Shown here: in pieces, positions 1 through 8,019 of the stretch
Layout of the letters: the number at the start of each line of letters is the position of its first letter
Position numbering within the stretch: position 1 is the stretch's first letter
Virus record (IMG/VR): IMGVR_UViG_3300023266_000005
Coordinates: 1-35,795 of that record
Strand: one strand, 5' to 3'
Length of the DNA: 35,795 bases
Source of the DNA: a virus
Taxonomy: Duplodnaviria > Caudoviricetes
Translations under genes and position numbers: made by a program
Notes under the pieces: model-generated
What the model was told of the DNA's origin: nothing
Database searches by the model: none
Seen by the model: the letters and a program-made list of their open reading frames with translations, nothing else

Positions 1-130
1 AAAATGCCCCCGCAATGGCCAGCATACCCACAATCGCCACCACGTAGATACCCACCACGCTCAAGGTGATATTGCCCCAGCGCACCGTAAAGCCGCCGCT
101 TGTGCCGTGCTTGCCACTGTCGTTTGCCAT
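1..130 (-). CDS. Partial small membrane protein (holin-like candidate), runs off the left edge
   Basis: Not in the ORF track. ATG at 130, 1 nt after the gp16-like stop. My translation is MANDSGKHGTSGGFTVRWGNITLSVVGIYVVAIVGMLAIAGAF..., with a ~20-residue hydrophobic helix. A lysis role is inferred from position only. Confidence 0.6.
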   Translation of the reverse strand, partial: MANDSGKHGTSGGFTVRWGNITLSVVGIYVVAIVGMLAIAGAF

Positions 131-131
131 G

Positions 132-3100
132 CTACCTCGGGATGAGGATGCGGTTAGCGCGGGCCTTCGCCTCATCGGCTGCCCGCTGTCCGGCAGGGGA
201 GGCTGCCCCTGGCGTGCGTTTCACCACCCGCTCGATGCGCTTGGCCGCGACTTTGGCCGCCAGCTCAGGACGCTCACGGAGCAGCTCAGCTTGCGCCACT
301 TTGTCATAGGCGTCAAAGGCCTGGCGGATGATGATCTCCCGGCCGCTTTGCGGACCGGGCGCTGACTCCGCATAGCGCGTCGAGTTCACGTGTTCGAGCA
401 GCTTTTCCTTGAGCGTCTTGCCGCCGTTCGAGAGAATCCCCTGCTCCGTAAGTCTGATGCCGGTACGCAGCACCTCCAAGCGGTCCAGTTCGTCGGGCTC
501 AAGCTTCACCGTCTCAATGCTGTCTTGGGGGTGGAGGCCGATGCCGGAGAGCTTGTCCCTCCAAATGGCTTCATAGATGCGCTCGGTATCCGGGTCGTGC
601 CCTGGCATCCCAGGGATAACCGGGTTGGTGATATCGGCTATGAGCGCCAGCATACCGTGCAAAGGGTCTGAGGCATCAGGCACCCTAAAAACGCTTTCTT
701 TGGCTGCGAAGTTCCCGGTAATGGGATCGCGCCTCACCTTCATGCCCTCATTCCAGATGGGCACATTGCGCTGAAACCGGTCCATGGCGCTTTTAGCTTC
801 GCGGATGTAACCGTAGAGTTCATCGTCGACACCTTGGGCGATGTTGGGGATAAAGCCGCTCGCAATGTCGGCGAGCATGCGTCCAAACTTCTCGCCAGAG
901 GGGTCCATCATGGTGTCGATGAGATTGTTCATGCCCGTAAGCGAGCTTTTCTGCGCCACCAGGCCGTTGTACATGGCGCCGACGCGCTCAACAGCTTCGG
1001 CTGCAGACGCGGGCAAAAGGTTCTTGTTGTCGCGCACATCGTCGAGCAAATAAGGTGTGGCGCCTACGAGATCGCTTATAGCTGTGATGGCTGTGGCGTA
1101 GGGCTCGATAAGATTGGAGAGGCTATACCATGTCTTTGGCCGCCCCGTGCCGTCATCGCCAACCCCAATGGCGCCCGAGGGAATCTGAGAAGCCCGCTGT
1201 GCCTCTCTGAGCGTCTTATTGCGGCTCGCTGATGGGGTTATGCGCCCATGTGAAGCCATGTACCACACCACCCCCGCTAGGCCCATGCCGACAGCCTGCT
1301 TAGCCGCTAGAATCTCTCTCTCTGCCAAGGTGCCCCTTCGGATGGTTTCCCAGGCATCGCGGTTGGCCAGACCTATGACCGGGACGCGCTGCATGCCCTG
1401 GCTGATAGCGCGACTCGGCGTGGCGATAAACGTGAACGGAAAGCGCAAGACCGGAATCTTATCCACAAAGGCCAGCATCGCACTGGCCACAGCGCCAGGC
1501 TTGTCCCGAAACGTTGCCATGGCCCCAAAGGCCTCAGTTGCCTCGCGGATGTGTTTAGGTGGCTCGGCGATGATGCTTTGATACGTCTGCCCAGCTAGGT
1601 CCGCCGCTTCCTTGCGCGTGCTCCCTGACTGCCTGGCTACCGTGCTCACTTCCCGCGCTTTGCGGTAGGCCAGAGCGTGAAGCTGTGTTTCTTCGGCCAT
1701 GCTCCACGCCGCCGCATCTGCCACATTCATGATGCGACTCGGCAGACGCACCTGTCTGCCCGCAAAGTTCACCAGTTTGCCCAGGGCGCCATCCGGGTCG
1801 AGGCCGTAGTTGACCGCTGTAATGGCTTTAGGCCGCTCGCTATGCGTCACGGTGTAGACCGAGTTACCGAGCTGCTCGGTGTAGGTCGGATCTTCCCGCC
1901 AGGCTGCCGACATCATCGAGAGCGTCTTTTTCTTGAGCATAAACTGGCCGTGGAACATCTCGCGCATTTCGCCCAGGCCTACGCCTTTGCCGTTGTGGCC
2001 AGCGAACATCTGTACCGGGATGTCGATGAGGCCTGCAACGCCGCGCTCGGCAATGAGGCCCTCAAGAAAAACAAAATTGCTGGTCAAGTTTTTGACGAAC
2101 GTCGTGGGCTTAGACGTGAGCGCGTTGGCGTACCACTCCAGCATACTGTCCAGTACCGGGCGCTTGGTCTTCTGAGATGCGGCGCTCACTTGATTGAGGA
2201 AGCTGGCTGCCTGCTCGGGCTCGGTGAATGACGCCAGCATCTTGGCCGCAATGTCCATGCGTCCGGTCGCCTGTACTTCCGCCAGGGTTTCCTGTGTCGT
2301 CCGTACCAGCGCGTTCGCCTTCACGTCGGCTTCCTGGTACCAGCGCACGACACGTCCCGCCTCGCGCCCGGCGCCCATGAGGCGCGAATCGATGAGCCCA
2401 AAATCCTTGTAGGCCTGGTGAAACACGTCACCGGTATAAAGGCTTGGGTTCGCCGTGTGGGCAATGGCCGCTTGCCTTGCCCGCTCGGCGGCGTCGACGC
2501 GCATCTGCCCCAAGGCGGCGACCACGGTATCGCTCCGGGCCTCGCCCGGTACCATGGCCTCGACGTCTTCCATGGTGATGCCGAGGTTCTTCGCCTCGTT
2601 GGCGACGTCGGCAATGTGGCGCACATCGCCACGCCTAAAGCGCTCGATCTCGGCCGCGTAATCAAAGCTGAGAGATGAAAGCTTTTCATCTAGGGTAAAC
2701 GGGGTAACGCGGCTCCCAGGGGTGGGAAGGGGCTGGGGCCTTTGGAAGGGTGTCGGGCTATCTGGCGGCGGCAAGGGCACCTCTACCCGGGCTTGGATCT
2801 CAGCCTCCCTCGCGGTCGCCGCTGTCGCGGGTGCAGTGGGTGCAGTGGGTGCAGTGGGTGCAGTGGGTGCAATGGGTGCAGGCCTGGGCTCTCTGGCCCC
2901 AGGCGTGGGAAGAGGAGCCGCCGTCTCTGCCCCTGCCTCTGCGGTCGGCACCGACGCCCCTGGCTTGGCCCCAGGAGCTATGGGCTCGGGGCCGGGTGTC
3001 GGTCTCACGGATACAGATGAAGGCAGAGACTCAGCGGCCTCCGGTGCGAGCGATTGTAACTCCTCCTGCGCCCCCTGCCTAGCCGCAACCGTAGACGCGT

Positions 3101-4889
3101 TCTTTTCCACGCCATACCACAAGGCCCCGGTTTCATCGGCTAGGATGCTCGTGGGTACCTTGCCGCCTATCGACTGGCGCACGGCATCAAAGCTGTTCGT
3201 GAGCGACTGGATCGTGGCTTTAGGATTACTGCCAATCTCGATCATGCCCCCCATGACCAAGTCCTCAATCACGAACTTGGTCCGGCGCAGCATCTCGCCG
3301 TCATTGGGGTCTGATTTCAAGAATTGCAGGATAGGACCGAGAACCGGCGTGTCTTTAAGTCCTGGCGCCACGCTGGTGATAAAGGTCGAGAGCGTTTCGT
3401 CATCAGGCTTGTGAATGGCAAAGGCGCCTAGCGCTGACGTCGCGGTTGCGGCCATCTTGGCCGAAGCCCCGATACCCATCATGGCGGCGCGGCCGGGAAA
3501 AAAGAAGGAGGCAAACTGGACCAGCCCGCGGCCGATCTTCTCAGCCGTGTCTTTGGGATCGGGTGGCTTCACCGCTTCCGCCGCTTGCCCCAGTAAGGTG
3601 GGCTCCCCGCCCTCTGGCGTACTGACGCCCGCTGCCTGTGCTAGCTTGTCGGCGCCTTCGAGCACACCTGAGAGCATGTCGCCCGCGCCGCCTACGACCA
3701 CGCGGCCCGCCGCTTTGACGACATCCTCTTTATTCCCGAACTGTGTCGCTTTATCGATGGCGCCAAGGACGGAAACAACCCCCTCGCCTAGGGCGCCTTT
3801 GTCTGCAACCTGCGTCGCTTTATCGATGGCGCCAAGGACGGAGACAACCCCCTGAGCCAGGCCGGAGGCGCCTGCTTGCGCAACCACTGGGGCCTTGAGG
3901 TTCTCAAGGCGGGCCGTCCAACCGGGAAGACTTGCCCCGTAGCGCTCGGGATTGGCCTTCGCCAGGCGTTCATACTCGCCTCTGCGCATCTCAATGAGAT
4001 CGTCCGCAGAGGCGCCCGCCTTGGCCTTGGCGACAAGTTCGCTAGCGAACTTTGAACGGTGATTGACGACCCCGTCCATGACCACGGTCTGCGCCGCTTC
4101 GGGAAGGTCACCGACGCCGTATTTGTCCCAAAACTCACGCTTGTAGAACTGCTTGGCGTACTCTTTTCCCGCCGCTTCGCCCTCTGTGTCCGTGAGGCGC
4201 TTGGCTTCATTAAAGGCTTCAGGGTGCCAGCGCTGGTTAATCCCGTAAATCGCCCCGCCGCCGGAGCTCCCGTCCTTGGCGACAAAGCCGCCCTCGTTCT
4301 TCTCCACCATGGCGTAGGCTGTGTCAAAGCCCGCCGCTTTCGGGGGTGCCTCGGGTGCAACCATTTTCCCGATGGTCTCGGGCGTGATCGCTTGGTCAAC
4401 CGAGTGCAGCACATCCGTGACGCCGCCGGCAACGGCCTTGCCTGCACTCTGAATCCACTGCCCCCACTTGGAATTCATGGCGGCGTCAACCCACGAATCC
4501 TGCGCGTTCGGGTTGTACGTCTTGCCTGCCGCTGCATGGTCCCACTCGGGATGGACGATGTCGATGTAGTCAATCGGCTCTTCCATGGCCGCGATGCGAG
4601 CGGCCGAGCGCTGGAGGTCTCTGGGATCGGCGCCCGGCTCCTGCGCGGCAAACTGCGTCTGCATTTCCGTCTCGCGTTTGGCCGCAATCTGGGCGCGGTC
4701 GCGGTCGGCTTCGTCCTGAAGACCTCTTAAAAACTGCTCCGTCTGATCGTCCGGGCGGTTTAAGAGAGCGAGAACGGGATCATCCCGCATCATGCCCTCG
4801 TTTTCGTCGAGCTCGCCCTGTACGGTTTCGTCGTAGGGGACGCGGTCATTTGGCCCCAGGCGCAGGTTGGTTGCCACTTTGCTCGTCAC
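132..4889 (-). CDS. Large internal virion/ejection protein (T7 gp16-like position) with an embedded GH108-type muramidase domain
   Basis: 1585 aa, helical and Ala-rich, last of the core-protein series. NEGGFVAKDGSSGGGAIYGI matches the GH108 EGGY/F...D..G.T.YGI motif, followed by ...FYKREFWD...DGVVNH...GWTARL (~3895-4330). Has a Pro-rich linker. Confidence 0.8.
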   Translation of the reverse strand: MTSKVATNLRLGPNDRVPYDETVQGELDENEGMMRDDPVLALLNRPDDQTEQFLRGLQDEADRDRAQIAAKRETEMQTQFAAQEPGADPRDLQRSAARIAAMEEPIDYIDIVHPEWDHAAAGKTYNPNAQDSWVDAAMNSKWGQWIQSAGKAVAGGVTDVLHSVDQAITPETIGKMVAPEAPPKAAGFDTAYAMVEKNEGGFVAKDGSSGGGAIYGINQRWHPEAFNEAKRLTDTEGEAAGKEYAKQFYKREFWDKYGVGDLPEAAQTVVMDGVVNHRSKFASELVAKAKAGASADDLIEMRRGEYERLAKANPERYGASLPGWTARLENLKAPVVAQAGASGLAQGVVSVLGAIDKATQVADKGALGEGVVSVLGAIDKATQFGNKEDVVKAAGRVVVGGAGDMLSGVLEGADKLAQAAGVSTPEGGEPTLLGQAAEAVKPPDPKDTAEKIGRGLVQFASFFFPGRAAMMGIGASAKMAATATSALGAFAIHKPDDETLSTFITSVAPGLKDTPVLGPILQFLKSDPNDGEMLRRTKFVIEDLVMGGMIEIGSNPKATIQSLTNSFDAVRQSIGGKVPTSILADETGALWYGVEKNASTVAARQGAQEELQSLAPEAAESLPSSVSVRPTPGPEPIAPGAKPGASVPTAEAGAETAAPLPTPGAREPRPAPIAPTAPTAPTAPTAPATAATAREAEIQARVEVPLPPPDSPTPFQRPQPLPTPGSRVTPFTLDEKLSSLSFDYAAEIERFRRGDVRHIADVANEAKNLGITMEDVEAMVPGEARSDTVVAALGQMRVDAAERARQAAIAHTANPSLYTGDVFHQAYKDFGLIDSRLMGAGREAGRVVRWYQEADVKANALVRTTQETLAEVQATGRMDIAAKMLASFTEPEQAASFLNQVSAASQKTKRPVLDSMLEWYANALTSKPTTFVKNLTSNFVFLEGLIAERGVAGLIDIPVQMFAGHNGKGVGLGEMREMFHGQFMLKKKTLSMMSAAWREDPTYTEQLGNSVYTVTHSERPKAITAVNYGLDPDGALGKLVNFAGRQVRLPSRIMNVADAAAWSMAEETQLHALAYRKAREVSTVARQSGSTRKEAADLAGQTYQSIIAEPPKHIREATEAFGAMATFRDKPGAVASAMLAFVDKIPVLRFPFTFIATPSRAISQGMQRVPVIGLANRDAWETIRRGTLAEREILAAKQAVGMGLAGVVWYMASHGRITPSASRNKTLREAQRASQIPSGAIGVGDDGTGRPKTWYSLSNLIEPYATAITAISDLVGATPYLLDDVRDNKNLLPASAAEAVERVGAMYNGLVAQKSSLTGMNNLIDTMMDPSGEKFGRMLADIASGFIPNIAQGVDDELYGYIREAKSAMDRFQRNVPIWNEGMKVRRDPITGNFAAKESVFRVPDASDPLHGMLALIADITNPVIPGMPGHDPDTERIYEAIWRDKLSGIGLHPQDSIETVKLEPDELDRLEVLRTGIRLTEQGILSNGGKTLKEKLLEHVNSTRYAESAPGPQSGREIIIRQAFDAYDKVAQAELLRERPELAAKVAAKRIERVVKRTPGAASPAGQRAADEAKARANRILIPR
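2829..2882. repeat. 9-bp tandem repeat (GGGTGCAGT) x6, encoding an APT/PTA linker in the gp16-like gene
   Basis: Four perfect units plus two variants (GGGTGCAAT, GGGTGCAGG), read directly from the sequence. Confidence 0.95.
3741..3853. repeat. 44-bp direct duplication (3741-3784 and 3810-3853, 2 mismatches, 69-bp period) encoding GVVSVLGAIDKATQ twice
   Basis: Both copies compared base by base; the duplication is in frame. Confidence 0.9.
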
Positions 4890-6798
4890 TCCATAAGTAA
4901 TCTTTGAGGCGCTGGAGATAGCCGCCTATCCCCTGGCTCTTGGCCTTGCGTTCAATCTCCTTGCGCTGCGCCTCGGTCATGGTTTTCCAGTTCTCTTGGA
5001 GCCGCCCTTTGCCTTCAGTTGGCGGAGACGTCTGGCTCTTAGGACGGGTAGGCGCAGACGATTCAGGCGTCACCCCTTGCTGCGCCGGTACGCCTGCGGG
5101 CATTTGCTGCTTGCCAGGCTCAGCGGGTTGCAAGGCTTGGAGCTGGCGGTCCCGAAAGGCGATGAACGCCGCCAGTTGGTTGCGCTGCCCCTCGGTGATG
5201 CGCCCCGCCTTGTACTCGTTTTGCAGGCCCTGCACGGTCGTAATACCAAGGCCGATGGACTTATTAAAGAGGTCGGGGTTGCCCTGAGCAAAGAGCCTGT
5301 CTACCACCTTGACGTTTTGGAGAAGCAGGCCGTCGGTAAAGATGCGGACGTCGTCCTCTGTGGCATCCGGGTTCTGCTCGCCGTAGCGCAGAATTTGCCG
5401 CTGCATGTTGCTGGCAATCTTGGCGTCATCGGCACTGAGCCCGAGCTGGAGGCCCAAGCCCGGCAGCTCTTGTGCCTCTTGCACAAAGGTCTTCGCTCGG
5501 TTAATCGACTCATGAATGACATCCTTGCGCACGCGCTCGCGGTCTGAGCCTTGCTGCTTAATGCCGTCCATGGCCGTGGTGACAAAGGTCTTGTAGTCGC
5601 TGTCGTTGAGGCTTGCCCGGTGCCCGGCGGCGGCATCGATGACGTCTTGCTGCGTTTTGAGGTGCGACTGCCGGGCCCCCGCGAGCTTGGCATCCGTGAG
5701 GGCTTGCGCCAGCACTTCGGGGTCGCTGTCCTTGCGCCTACCCCCTCCGTCCGCTGCCATGTTCAGGAGCTTTTCGGAGTGCTGGAGGTAAGACCCCGTA
5801 TCGACGATGCGTTCCTGCCTAAGCGCCTTGAGCTGCGTCAGCGCGTCTTTGAGGTTGCCGCCCGTAATGGCCGTGTCGTAGACCGCTTGCAGGCCTTCTT
5901 CTTCTCTCTGCTTCCTCTGCTGATCCGCCAGGGTCCGCCTTCGCGTGTCTTCCGAGAGGATATACGACATATGCGAGTTGAGCGCGTTTGTCTGCGCCAC
6001 CTTCTCACTCGGCATGAGTGAGGATCCCTCGATGTTTTCATAGAGCTGGGCAATGAGCGGGTGTGGCGTGTCCATCGTGACGGCACCGATGCGCTGTGTG
6101 ATGGACTCGTTAACCAGGTCTTGCCCGAGGCCTATCTGGAATTTCTCTTCCTGCTCAGCCGTAATAAAGCCGTTTTCACGGAGAAATTCCATGCGGCCCA
6201 GCATCGAGTCGTGGATTTTGTTACGCTCTGCATCAGTCGGTGCTTTAAAGAACTCCTTTTTTTTGACATCCACGAATTCCTCTGCGCCCGCGACCGCTTC
6301 GTCGCGAATACGCGAGGTCTTTTCGTGTCGGATGCCGGGCATCGTTTGGGCGGCAAAGGATTCATACTCATAAGCCGCATTCTCCCGTGTGGTGTCGTCG
6401 TAGTTGCTCAGTTGCTGCCCGAGACTCTTGTAATGCTTGCTCAGAATTTCCCCCACCTTGGTGGGGATGTTCTCCGGTGCCGTAAAGCTATCGCTCCCAG
6501 GCGAGGCCATGTAAATGTCAATCTCTTCCTGGGCGGCCTGTTTTGCCTGAGAGAGCCAGTGCTGAGACCGGGTCTCTCTCAGGACGTCGGCTTCTCGCCG
6601 CATGATTTCGAGCTGTTGGCTCATCTGAGCAAAAGCCTGGCCTGACTGCCTAAAGCCCTGCTGCGAAGCCTGCTGAGCATCTGAAGCCAAGGCCCCGGCG
6701 CTCTGGGCGGCTATTTGGCTCTCGGCCGCACCCGCCCCAGGTGTGGCCCCAGGGGTGGGACGGCGGGGCAGATACTGCGGAAAGAACACGTCAGCCAT
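4846..6798 (-). CDS. Internal virion protein (gp15-like position)
   Basis: 650 aa, helical Q/A/E-rich composition, between the gp14-like and gp16-like genes. Assignment is by synteny only. Confidence 0.65.
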   Translation of the reverse strand: MADVFFPQYLPRRPTPGATPGAGAAESQIAAQSAGALASDAQQASQQGFRQSGQAFAQMSQQLEIMRREADVLRETRSQHWLSQAKQAAQEEIDIYMASPGSDSFTAPENIPTKVGEILSKHYKSLGQQLSNYDDTTRENAAYEYESFAAQTMPGIRHEKTSRIRDEAVAGAEEFVDVKKKEFFKAPTDAERNKIHDSMLGRMEFLRENGFITAEQEEKFQIGLGQDLVNESITQRIGAVTMDTPHPLIAQLYENIEGSSLMPSEKVAQTNALNSHMSYILSEDTRRRTLADQQRKQREEEGLQAVYDTAITGGNLKDALTQLKALRQERIVDTGSYLQHSEKLLNMAADGGGRRKDSDPEVLAQALTDAKLAGARQSHLKTQQDVIDAAAGHRASLNDSDYKTFVTTAMDGIKQQGSDRERVRKDVIHESINRAKTFVQEAQELPGLGLQLGLSADDAKIASNMQRQILRYGEQNPDATEDDVRIFTDGLLLQNVKVVDRLFAQGNPDLFNKSIGLGITTVQGLQNEYKAGRITEGQRNQLAAFIAFRDRQLQALQPAEPGKQQMPAGVPAQQGVTPESSAPTRPKSQTSPPTEGKGRLQENWKTMTEAQRKEIERKAKSQGIGGYLQRLKDYLWSDEQSGNQPAPGAK

Positions 6799-6800
6799 AG

Positions 6801-7583
6801 CTAGAGCCCTAACGGACTGTTGGTATTAATCGGGGTGAAGTACGACGTGTCAGGCGCGCTTGGGCGCAAGAGGCCGAGCGTGTAGGAATTTCCTGAAGGG
6901 CTAGGGGCCGCGCTATAGCTGGACACGGCTCCGGCACTTCTCGGTCTGAGCAGGCTTAGCATATTGCTTAAGTTGCTGCCCCCGAACAGACCGCCTACAA
7001 GAGAGCCTACGAACTGCTGATTGGCCTGTCTCTGAATGTTGTTGGCCTGCGCATTGGCGCCCTCAAGCAGACGCTGCTGGCCCCGGCGTGCCGCACTCAT
7101 GCCGATACGGGCCTTGTACATCCCTAACTCGGCCTCGGTTTCCATGCCCCAGGCGATGTACTCGCCCTGGTACTTCTCCGAGATGGCCGCCAGTTCCCCC
7201 TCGTAGGCTTGATCGGCTAGGTCCATGATCATGCCAGGGTCTGAGGTCTCAGTACCCTGCGCTGCTGCTTGCGTGCGGGCACTCCCCATCTGCTTGCGCG
7301 TCTGCGCCCTCACGATGTTGGCGCGCATGGTGCCAATATCTTGGGCCTGCTGGGCCTCTAGGAGCGTCTGAGAGGCCGTGTAATCCGCCATCACCAGGTT
7401 ATCCATGGCTTCTTGGCGCATGCTGTAGGCCTGGATTTCGGCTTGGCGCTTGACGGCTCTACCCGCATAGGTCGCCTGTTTCCTGGCGTAGACGGCCTGC
7501 ATGATGCCCGTAGCCGCTGAGCCTAAGGTCCCTCCGACTTGCAGGCCAGTCGAGATCGCACTAAAGGTTGCGGCGCTAAACAT
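6801..7583 (-). CDS. Internal virion protein (gp14-like)
   Basis: 260 aa with a Gly/Ala-rich hydrophobic N-terminus, the GSARTQAAAQG motif typical of gp14-like proteins, and a Gly-rich C-terminal segment. Confidence 0.7.
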   Translation of the reverse strand: MFSAATFSAISTGLQVGGTLGSAATGIMQAVYARKQATYAGRAVKRQAEIQAYSMRQEAMDNLVMADYTASQTLLEAQQAQDIGTMRANIVRAQTRKQMGSARTQAAAQGTETSDPGMIMDLADQAYEGELAAISEKYQGEYIAWGMETEAELGMYKARIGMSAARRGQQRLLEGANAQANNIQRQANQQFVGSLVGGLFGGSNLSNMLSLLRPRSAGAVSSYSAAPSPSGNSYTLGLLRPSAPDTSYFTPINTNSPLGL

Positions 7584-8019
7584 GGTATCTCCACACCATC
7601 TGCACCATGGGGATTTGGTGTTCGTTCAGTTCGACACCGACATGGGTAAAGCCCATTTCTTCTAGCCACTGGACGGCGGGATTCCAGGCCTGGCGCACCT
7701 GTGCCCGCACCATCGTATAGCCGTGGACACTGGCACAGTGAAACAGGCCGTCTTGGCAGGCCTTGGTAAAGAAGGCGACGTGCCTGAGCATCTGCCGTGA
7801 CGTGACGGCCCATGCCTCCGCGACGTGGAGGCCGAGGGGTAGGAGTCCAGCCGCCCCCCAGGGTACGGTTTCACGCTCGCAGATAATGCCTGGCCCGCCG
7901 CCCGCTTCGATGGCGTCCGCCAGGCGCGCCATCGTCACTTGCTCGTTAAACAGCGGGTATTCCCGCCGGGGTTTAATACGCAAAAAGGCCTCGCGGTTCC
8001 ATAAAATCACCCGGTTCAC
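7576..8019 (-). CDS. gp13-like GNAT-fold virion assembly protein
   Basis: 147 aa directly after tubular B. Contains GVAEAW-like (HVAEAWAV) and 'N..AVQWLEEMGF' acetyltransferase-fold motifs. Confidence 0.7.
   Translation of the reverse strand: MNRVILWNREAFLRIKPRREYPLFNEQVTMARLADAIEAGGGPGIICERETVPWGAAGLLPLGLHVAEAWAVTSRQMLRHVAFFTKACQDGLFHCASVHGYTMVRAQVRQAWNPAVQWLEEMGFTHVGVELNEHQIPMVQMVWRYHV

Noticed and set aside
6256-6264. A-AAA-AAG slippery heptamer in the gp15-like gene
   Set aside because: The -1 frame stops within a few codons, there is no evident stimulatory structure, and a Lys-Lys-Lys run explains it.
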